NCBI RefSeq assembly: GCF_006345805.1
Contig: NW_021835014.1
Span: forward strand, 1 to 43,059
Source: Octopus sinensis
Lineage: Eukaryota
Length of the DNA: 43,059 bases
Direction of reading: 5' to 3'
In this document: positions 34,312 to 43,059 of the stretch, one piece after another
How positions within the stretch are numbered: position 1 is the first letter of the stretch
How the letters are laid out: every line of letters starts with the position of its first letter
Notes under the pieces: model-generated
Told to the model about the DNA's origin: nothing
Seen by the model: only the letters and a program-made list of their open reading frames with translations
The model's database searches: none
Program-made: the position numbers and the translations under genes

Positions 34312-34708
34312 TCTTTATATATAAAAGTGAAGTTGTGTGTCTGTCTCCTACGATTTAGATTCCTAACTACTCCCACATTTTGCGGTGCAGTTTAACCAAA
34401 ACCGGGTATCTTATAGTCGTGATTCATATCGAGCCCTTCTGGGTATTAGCGCGCGTCTACGATGAGTCTACGATTTTAAAAATAATTTACCATAATTTTT
34501 TCCATTTTAATGCATTTTTCGCTATTATATAAGGAATGTAACTCTCTAAAAATGTCTACGATGAGTCAACGATTAAAAAAAAAATTACCATCATTTGTTT
34601 TCCATTTTTAATGCATTTTTTGCTATTATATAAGGGAAGTAACTCTCTAAAAATGCTTACATAGTTATTTCCCTTACAAACCCGAGCAACGCCGGGCGAT
34701 ACTGCTAG
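34312..34708 (+). mobile_element. Non-autonomous Helitron
   Basis: A|TC start, CCCGAGCAACGCCGGG hairpin at 34681-34696, CTAG|T end; internal ~100-bp duplication. Confidence 0.92.
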
Positions 34709-34928
34709 TTTATGTATATATCTATGTGTGTCTTTGTGTTTGTGCATGGCGCCCCCGTGACTTAGCATTTCGGTTTAAGAGACTGACAGAATAGGTACAA
34801 TGCTTAAAAATATGTATTAGGGGGTGGGGGGTGATTCGTTCGACTAAGCCTTTCATGGAAGTGCTCCAACATGACCACAATAAAATGACTGAAATATGTA
34901 CAAGCTATAAGATAAGATTATATATATA

Positions 34929-35338
34929 GGCGCAGGAGTGGCTGTGTGGTAAGTAGCTTGCTTACCAACCACATGGTTCCGGGTTCAGTCCCACTGCGTG
35001 GCATCTTGGGCAAGTGTCTTCTGCTATAGCCCCGGGCTGACCAATGCCTTGTGAGTGGATTTGGTAGACGGAAACTGAAAGAAGCCTGTCGTATATATGT
35101 ATATGTATATATATATGTGTGTGTGTGTTTCTGTGTCTGTGTTTGTCCCCCTAGCATTGCTTGACAACCGATGCTGGTGTGTTTACGTCCCCGTCACTTA
35201 GCGATTCGGCAAAAGAGACCGATAGAATAAGTACTGGGCTTACAAAGAATAAGTCCCGGGGTCGATTTGCTCGACTAAAGGCGGTGCTCCAGCATGGCCG
35301 CAGTCAAATGACTGAAACAAGTAAAAGAGTAAAAGAGT
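34929..35338 (+). mobile_element. SINE family A, young full-length copy (follows an old family A 3' part at about 34720-34918)
   Basis: Family A consensus. Confidence 0.93.
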
Positions 35339-35694
35339 ATATACATATATATGTATATATACAAATACTCAGACACATGTACGCGCGCACTCACACACAC
35401 ACACACAAACACACACAAACCCCCACACGTATACACGTACAAACAAACGTGCCTACACAAATACATGCTCACGCATGTACGTACTTACATGTAGTTTTTC
35501 TTTTTTCCCTGTCGGTTAAACCCAAGAACCCCCTTCTTCAAGACTTTCAGAAAACTGTCAGATGCATGCATGAATGATTGTGTCCCCTACAATCATCGCA
35601 GGCTGCATTTATAGTTTACAACACCTGACACTACCAATTTACCAGATGATGGAACGTAATTATATTCTTGTTATGAATAATGATAATAGTAATC

Positions 35695-35905
35695 CCTTCT
35701 ACTGAAATTACAAGGCCTGAAATTTTGCGGAAAGGGACTGGTCGATTACATCGACCCCAATGTTTAACTGGTACTTAATTTATCGACTCCAAAAGGATGA
35801 AAAGCAAGGTCAATCTCGAGCAGAATTTGAACTCAAAACGTAGCGACTGACGAAATACCCACAAGCATTTCGCCCGGCGTGCTATCGATTCTGCCAGCTC
35901 GCCTA
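35695..35905 (-). mobile_element. SINE family B copy
   Basis: Family B motifs. Confidence 0.85.
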
Positions 35906-35964
35906 ATAATAATGATAACGATAATAATAATAATAATAATAATGATAATAATAATAATAATAAT

Positions 35965-36262
35965 AGTCACAAGCGTGGCTGTGTGATAAGAAGCTTGCTT
36001 ACCAACCACATGGTTTTAGGTTCAGCCCCGCTGAGCGGCACCTTGGGCAAGTATCATCTGCTGTAGCCCCAGACCGACCATAACCTTCTGAGTGGATTTA
36101 GTAGTCAGAAACTGAAAGAAGCCCGTTGTGTTTGTTCCCCGTTACCGCTTGACAACCGGCGTTGGTGTGTTTACGTCCTTGTAACTTTGTGGTTCAGCAA
36201 AAGAATAAGTAACATGCGTAAAAATTTTTTATGGCCTAACAACTGAAACAAGTAAAAGGTAA
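35965..36262 (+). mobile_element. SINE family A, older copy
   Basis: Diverged family A head, body and tail. Confidence 0.8.
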
Positions 36263-36291
36263 AAAATAATATCAAAAATATTATTGTGGCA

Positions 36292-36987
36292 TTCTATTGT
36301 GTCTGGGGAGAGTCATTTTCTTTTTGTGCCTCATAATAATTTGTGCCTCATATAGGCGCAGGAGTGGCTCTGTGGTAAGTAGCTTGTTTACCAACCACAT
36401 GGTTCCGGGTTCAATCCCACTGCGTGGCACCTTGGACAAGTGTCTTCTACTATAGCCTCGGGCCGACCAAAGCCTTGTGAGTGGATTTGGTAGGCGGAAA
36501 CTGAAAGAAGCCCATCGTATATATGTATATATATGCATGTGTGTATTTGTGTGTCTGTGTTTGTCCCCCTAGCATTGCTTGACAACCGATGCTGGTGTGT
36601 TTATGTTCCCCGTTACTTAGCGGTTCGGCAAAAAGAGACTGATAGAATAAGTACTGGGCTTACAAAAGAATAAGTCCCGGGGTCGAGTTGCTCGATTAAA
36701 GGCGGTGCTCCAGCATGGCCGCAGTCAAATGACTGAAACAAGTAAAAGAGTAAGAGTAAAGAGAATCTAACACACTCACCGGTAAAATTTCCACTTATTC
36801 CTTATTTTTATTTTTCTTAAAATTTTCGTTGCGTCTGGCAACCTTTTCAAAAGACTATTGAAAAGGTTGCCAGACGCAACGAAAATTTTAGGAAAATAAA
36901 AATAAGAAAAAAAGTGGAAATTTTACCGGTGAGTGTTTTAAATAATAAGACACAAAAAGAGAATGACTCTCCCCACACACAATAGAA
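36292..36987. repeat. Long palindrome (inner arms 36772-36850 and 36858-36936; outer arms about 36292-36340 and 36942-36987) interrupted by SINE A
   Basis: Arms are reverse complements; 7-bp spacer. Confidence 0.88.
36355..36763 (+). mobile_element. SINE family A, young full-length copy
   Basis: Family A consensus. Confidence 0.93.
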
Positions 36988-37323
36988 AATGCTTGAACAC
37001 ACGAACACACATAAAGAATCTTGCAAACCAAATCCAAAAGCGAAATATTATTGTGGTACATTCACAACAAAAATAAACCAAGAAGGTAGCCTTTATACGG
37101 TGGCCCGATCTGCAAGAAATAGCAGTCGAGTCTCTCTATGAAACTACACTCCACTCTTAGGCCGAGATATCTATAAGACAACTTAGGCCGAGATATCTAT
37201 AAAAAGACAGACTGGTCACGGTTGGAATGTCCATGAGCATTCAACTAGGTTTGACATAGAGTTAGCAGCAAAAACAATAACAACCACGTTTTCTTAAAAA
37301 AAAATCTAGCGAAGAAAGGCCAA

Positions 37324-37377
<54 letters not shown>

Positions 37378-37393
37378 CACCACCACCACCACC

Positions 37394-37440
<47 letters not shown>

Positions 37441-37441
37441 C

Positions 37442-37495
<54 letters not shown>
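37324..37495. repeat. Alternating (TAC)n/(CAC)n trinucleotide blocks
   Basis: Direct reading; source of the poly-S/G ORF. Confidence 0.95.
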
Positions 37496-37496
<1 letters not shown>

Positions 37497-38705
37497 CTTT
37501 CCTCTATAGGTACAAGGCCTGAAATTTTTGGGGAGGAGGTTAAGTCGATCACATCGCGACCAGTACTTGATTAGCACTTAATTTATCGACCCCAAAAGGA
37601 CGAAAGGAACAACAACAACAACAACAATAATAATAATAATCCGCTTGGCCTAAAATTTTGGGGGATGGGATTAGTCGATTACATCGACCCTAGTACTCAA
37701 CTGGTACTTACTTATATCATCGACCCCGAGAGGATGAAAGGCAAAGGTCGACCTCGGTGGAATTTTGAACTTAGAACATGAAGAGTGACGAAATACTGCT
37801 AAGCATCCGCAGTGTGCTAGCGATTCTGCCAAATGATAAGCATCTTTTTACTATAGACACAAGGCCTGAAATTTGGGGGATGTAATCGAGTGTAGCGCGT
37901 TTACTGGTGCTTGTTTCATCGACCCCAAAATGATGAAAGGCAAAGTCGATCACGGCGGAACATTAGTTCAGAACGTAAAACCAGAACGGTTTGTCCGGCG
38001 TGCTATCGATTCTGCCAGCTCGTCACCTTTTTATAATAAGTTTCAAATCTTCGGATAAGGCCTGAAATTTTAGAGGGAGAAGATTAGTTGATTACATCAA
38101 ACCCAGTACTTCCTTGGTACCTTATTTTATCGACTCTGAAAGCATGAAAGGCAAAGTTGGACCTTGGCAGTATTTGAACTCAGAACGTAACGTGTTGGAA
38201 CAAATACCCACTAGAGCATCTTTTCCGATGCTTTAACGATTCTGCCAATCCGGTGCCATGAATAATTGTTTCTAATTTAGGACACGGTTTGAAGCGGTGA
38301 ACTAGCAGAATCGTTAGCATTCCAGGCGAAATAATTAGCAACATTTCGTCCGTCTTTACATTCTGAGTTCAAATTCCGCCGAGGTCGACTTTGCCATTCA
38401 TCTTTTCGGGGTTGATAAAATGAGTACCAGTTAAAAACTGGGGTCGATGTAATCGACTTATACCCTCTCCCAAAGGTGCTGGCCTTGTGACAAGATTTGA
38501 AACCAATCTAGAACACGGTCAGCAATTTTAGAGGAAGGGCTTAGTCAGCACTATCAACCCCAGTATTTGACTCCTATTTTATTTTATCGACTCCCAAAGA
38601 ATGGAAGGCGAAGTTAATCTCAGCGTGAATTGAACTCAGACCATAAAGATCGGAAACAATTCCTGCAAGATATTTTGTCCCATGTACAAACAATTTTGCC
38701 AATAG
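37497..38705. mobile_element. Cluster of about six SINE family B copies (five minus, one plus at about 38295-38505)
   Basis: Repeated AAGGCCTGAAATTT..GTCGATTACATCGACCC..ATCGACCCC..GAAAGGCAAAG..TGAACTCAGAAC. Confidence 0.82.
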
Positions 38706-38724
38706 ATCACATTAATAATCGTAT

Positions 38725-39019
38725 ACTCTTTTACTCTTTTAATTGTTTCAGTCATTTGACTGCGGCCATGCTGGAGCACCGCTTTTAATCGAGCAAATCG
38801 ACCCCGGGATTTATTCTTTTGTAAGCCCAGTACTTATATACTTATATACATATATGCGACGGGCTTCTTTCAGTTTCCGTCTACCAAATCCACTCACAAG
38901 GCTTTGGTCGGTCCGAGGGTATAGTAGAAGGTACTTGCGCAAGGTGCCACGCAGTGGGACTGAACCCGGAACCGTGTCGTTCGTATGCAAGCTACTTACC
39001 ACACAGCCACTCCTGCGCC
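38725..39019 (-). mobile_element. SINE family A with an internal deletion
   Basis: Head and tail intact; segment between the internal microsatellite and AAGTACTGGG is missing. Confidence 0.88.
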
Positions 39020-39618
39020 TATGACTAAAATTTTAGAATGGGGATTAAAGATTAAAGGTTGATATATTCAGAAGCACTCGAAAGTATATATGACGTAATT
39101 CGCATTACTTCATCTCATCAATAAGAATAACAAAAATACTAACAACAACAACAACAACGACCACGACGACGACCACGACAAAAGCAGCAGCAACCAGCAG
39201 GAGTAGCAAAAGTAACAACAACTGCAACATTATTATTTATATATCACATATAATATACACTCCTATAGATAAATCACATATGGAGAGAAATGTTAAAATA
39301 AATATGGACGAAATATATTCACATGGGTTTAGCTTATGCAAATATACGCAAAAATAACAAAAAATTTCTGCAGAGCGGTTGTGTGTTGTTTTAGCGTCAA
39401 GAAGAAAGTTACAATTAGCAAGGGGTTATTTGCAGGCTCCTTCTGCATGTTAGATAGTACCCGTAAAAACAGAAAAAATACCCCAGTGTACGCCACGAAC
39501 CATATACATACAATTAAAAGAACAGAAGTTACTGGAAACTGAAATGATTAACTTCTACGAATGGGTTTGGATAATTTTGGCGAATAAGTAGAAAGTATAA
39601 ACTGAAATTAGGCAACCA

Positions 39619-40279
39619 ATACATACATACATACATGCATACATACATACGTACATACATACATGCATGCATACATATATACATACATACATATATATAC
39701 ATACATACATATATACATACATACATACGTATAGGCATGCACACATGCATACATACATACATATATACATACATACATACATATATACATACATACATAC
39801 ATACATGCATACATACATACATACATACATACATACATACATGCATACATACATATATACATAAATACATACATGCATACATATATACATACATACACAC
39901 ATACATACATACATACATATATACATACATATATACATACATACATACATACATACACACACATACATACTACATACATACATACACACACATACATACA
40001 TACATACATACATACATACATACATACATACATACATACACACATTCATACATACATACATAAATACATACATATATACATGCATACATACATACATACA
40101 TACATACATACATACATACATTTTTGTTCCATTATACATGCATACATAGTACAGCTACCCATCTATTCATCCATACATGCACATGCAAACACGCACACAC
40201 ACATGTATACACGTATCCCGTATGTATGACTGTATTGATGTACGTATGTAAATCTTTATCTATCCATCCATCTATCCAC

Positions 40280-40364
<85 letters not shown>

Positions 40365-40383
40365 CACCTATCTATCTATCCAC

Positions 40384-40444
<61 letters not shown>

Positions 40445-40503
40445 CATCCATCCATCCATCCATCCATCCATCCATCCATCCATCCATCCATCTATCTATC
40501 TCC

Positions 40504-40581
<78 letters not shown>

Positions 40582-40892
40582 GATGAAAGGATTTATGAAA
40601 ATTTATGAAGATTTATGAAGATGAGAGCGAAAAGTCACACATACGCATGCGCACACACACAATCGCACACTCATGTATGTGTGCGCACGTACATGTGTGT
40701 GTATACGTTTATGCATGTGTGTATGTATGTATGTATGTATGTATGTATGTATGTATATGTATGTATGTATGTATGCACGTATGTATGTATATTTATATAT
40801 TTATGTATCCGTATGTGTACACATGCATACATTCATACATACATGCGTTGATGCATACATACATATATATGTATATATATATATATATATAT
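39619..40892. repeat. (CATA)n, (TATC)n/(CATC)n, (TATG)n and (TA)n microsatellite block
   Basis: Direct reading. Confidence 0.92.
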
Positions 40893-41097
40893 ACTCTTTC
40901 ATAGACATTGTACATATGTTTATAAGTATAGTATTTCTAAAACACAAAACTATCCGCCACCTCCGCCACCGATAACAACACAAATACAAAAGCGAAAGAT
41001 CTAGTTTCGTACTATAATAATGAATAATAACGAGTGCTCGGAAGTCGCTATTATACTACGTCGATTCCTGCTGGGTAAACTAGGAGGGTAACTTTCT

Positions 41098-41352
41098 GTT
41101 CGGCATCTATGATAAAGACGCAATAGACGAATTGGAGGCAGTTTATTCTTGACATCCTTCAAAGTACACAAATTCGGATTGTACAGAGATGACGGTTTAG
41201 TTATCACATACAACATGAACGGTTGCACCATGGTTAAATTTAAGAAGGACTTTGAAGAAATCTTTTTTTGATTTAAGTTTGATTTAAGCTTGAAAACTAG
41301 AACCAATTTAATGATAGCTAACTTCGAAGACACTACATATATACTCAACAAT
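41098..41352 (+). mobile_element. Penelope-like reverse transcriptase relic (YRDD type)
   Basis: Manual translation from 41173: FGLYRDDGLVITYNMNGCTMVKFKKDFEEIFF*..TNLMIANFEDTTY, matching the PLE pattern GLYRDDGL..KK..F..TNL..NFLDVT. Confidence 0.75.
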
Positions 41353-42330
41353 CAAACAACCTCAAGTCACAAATACAGGCAGAGTTAGCTATATCAGGGC
41401 TTTCCCTCACTGTAATGTTCCAGCATGAAGTGGATTTAGTGAGAAACTAGTATAAAAGAACATCCCCGTCCACTATAGAAGAATCAAGAATTGGACGGTC
41501 ACCTGATTTAGTTCACCATTGGATATGAATATTGTCACTCATGTACCTAGGTACTTACTATTCAATATTTTACCACTGCCTAAAAATGGAGCTACGAAGT
41601 CTGTCTAATGTTATAACTGATTATAAATGAGCTGTGAGTGTCTTAGGGATAACTTTTTGGTGGTTTTTCTGTTAGCCTAATGTTTTATCAGAAACTACAA
41701 CGGCTCCGAATTATACCTCGAACCGAACAGACAGAATTTGATGAAGTTACCCTACTAACTAGTGTACAATATTGAACATCGAAATTTTTAATAGACAATG
41801 GGCATTGTGGTTACATCACGTATTACTGTGAGGGAGGGTCTTTGGCTACAGCCTTGGGTCAACCCAAGTTTTCTAAGTGAACTGGAATAGATAGGAACAA
41901 TGTAAAAAACCGTTGGATGGATTTTTGAATATACAATTCACCAAACGGATTTTCACACTGTTTTACACAATACTTTGGTTGTAAATTTAGTCCATCTCAA
42001 GGACCTTGCATGCTTTAGCGGAGTTCACTCAAGCAATTATTCAAACTCAGACTCCACTCTATGGCTTTCAAGATATTCCCCACCACCGCACCCGCCAGTA
42101 TCAGAGGCCAAGAAAAAGGTCAAAGGCCTGAAGTCTTAAAAAATACTCTTAAATTAACTCCATCAGAAATTTAAAAAAAATACATCATCTTACCAAGACA
42201 AATCTCTGCATGAAATTTACCGGGTTTCCCATCCATTGGTATTTTTCTATATATCCGATTTTCTGCCGAAGAACAATTACTATGCATAATTAAATCCCAG
42301 AATGAGATTGAAACAGTAATCGCTCGATAA

Positions 42331-42603
42331 TGTAAAATATAGAAGCCATCTTATCATGGCTAACCACATTGGGAGGGTGTGTTACTGTAGCTTTATATCC
42401 CCAAGAGATCGTCGTCTCTAGCTGGCTTTAGACACAATATCAATGTCCTTGGAGTATGATGGCCTCCCTTTGCAAATACTCCAAGGACACTGATATTGTG
42501 TCTAAAGCCAGCTAGAGACGACGATCTCTTGGGGCTATAAAGCTACAGTAACACCCCCTCCCCAATGTGGTTAGCCATGATAAGATGGCTTCTATACTTT
42601 ACA
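42331..42603. repeat. ~273-bp near-perfect palindrome (MITE-like or inverted retroelement end)
   Basis: ~127-bp arms with few mismatches, 18-bp spacer GATGGCCTCCCTTTGCAA. Confidence 0.9.
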
Positions 42604-43059
42604 ACAATTACTATGTTCTAGACAAACTTTGCTACTAAGAGACTACTGACTACCCAACAAATTTCATTTATATCTACCTAATACATCTACCAATCTGATC
42701 TTCACTGCTTCTATGTTTCTCTCGTTAAGTTTCATGTCATCTATTTTCTCAGCAGTTCATCATTCTGGAAACTGCTCCTGTGTTGACCCCATTCCTTTCA
42801 TCTGATATTTCCACAATATATCACTGCCTAGCAGTGCATGTAGCAGCTCTGTTCGACAAGGTTCAAACAACTTATATGAAATAGCTTTTTTTCAGGCATG
42901 ACATTAATATCCAAAATGTTCTACTTCTACGCCACACATACAGTTTACAGTTCTGTTCATAGAATTAACTGGAGTTACGGACTCAGTCTGATTTCTCACA
43001 TTAATGCGAGGTCAATGCATTGTTGGGGAAGGATATTTTTGTACTACTACTACTACTAC

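Noticed and set aside
37262-37552. Poly-Ser/Gly ORF
   Set aside because: (TAC)n/(CAC)n microsatellite read on the minus strand
42620-43040. Possible RTE-type endonuclease relic on the minus strand
   Set aside because: Only vague motifs (IDLAL..EIR); cannot be supported without a translated search

Overview
Eukaryotic, AT-rich, repeat-saturated intronic or intergenic DNA. The SINE families look like those of Octopus; this is recognition from memory, not a database result. No host protein-coding gene can be supported, and almost all listed ORFs are microsatellite or SINE artefacts. The window contains: (1) three tRNA-head SINE families, labelled A, B and C here, plus a probable fourth; (2) decayed non-LTR retrotransposons: two R4/Dong-like, two RTE 3' ends with TSDs, and CR1/L2-group endonuclease and 3'-end fragments; (3) Penelope-like (PLE) RT and GIY-YIG relics, and short PLE-type repeats carrying degenerate minimal hammerhead-ribozyme motifs; (4) a DD37E (TRT-like) Tc1 element, a DD37D (maT) element and three non-autonomous Helitrons; (5) several long palindromes and many microsatellites. 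Most notable: two SINE-LINE partner pairs visible from shared 3' tails with covarying hairpins, a 116-bp apparent TSD, hammerhead-like motifs in (TA)n-embedded repeats and at a palindrome centre, and a Helitron carrying a piece of another repeat. I found no convincing novel multi-gene system. Coordinates of old repeats are approximate.
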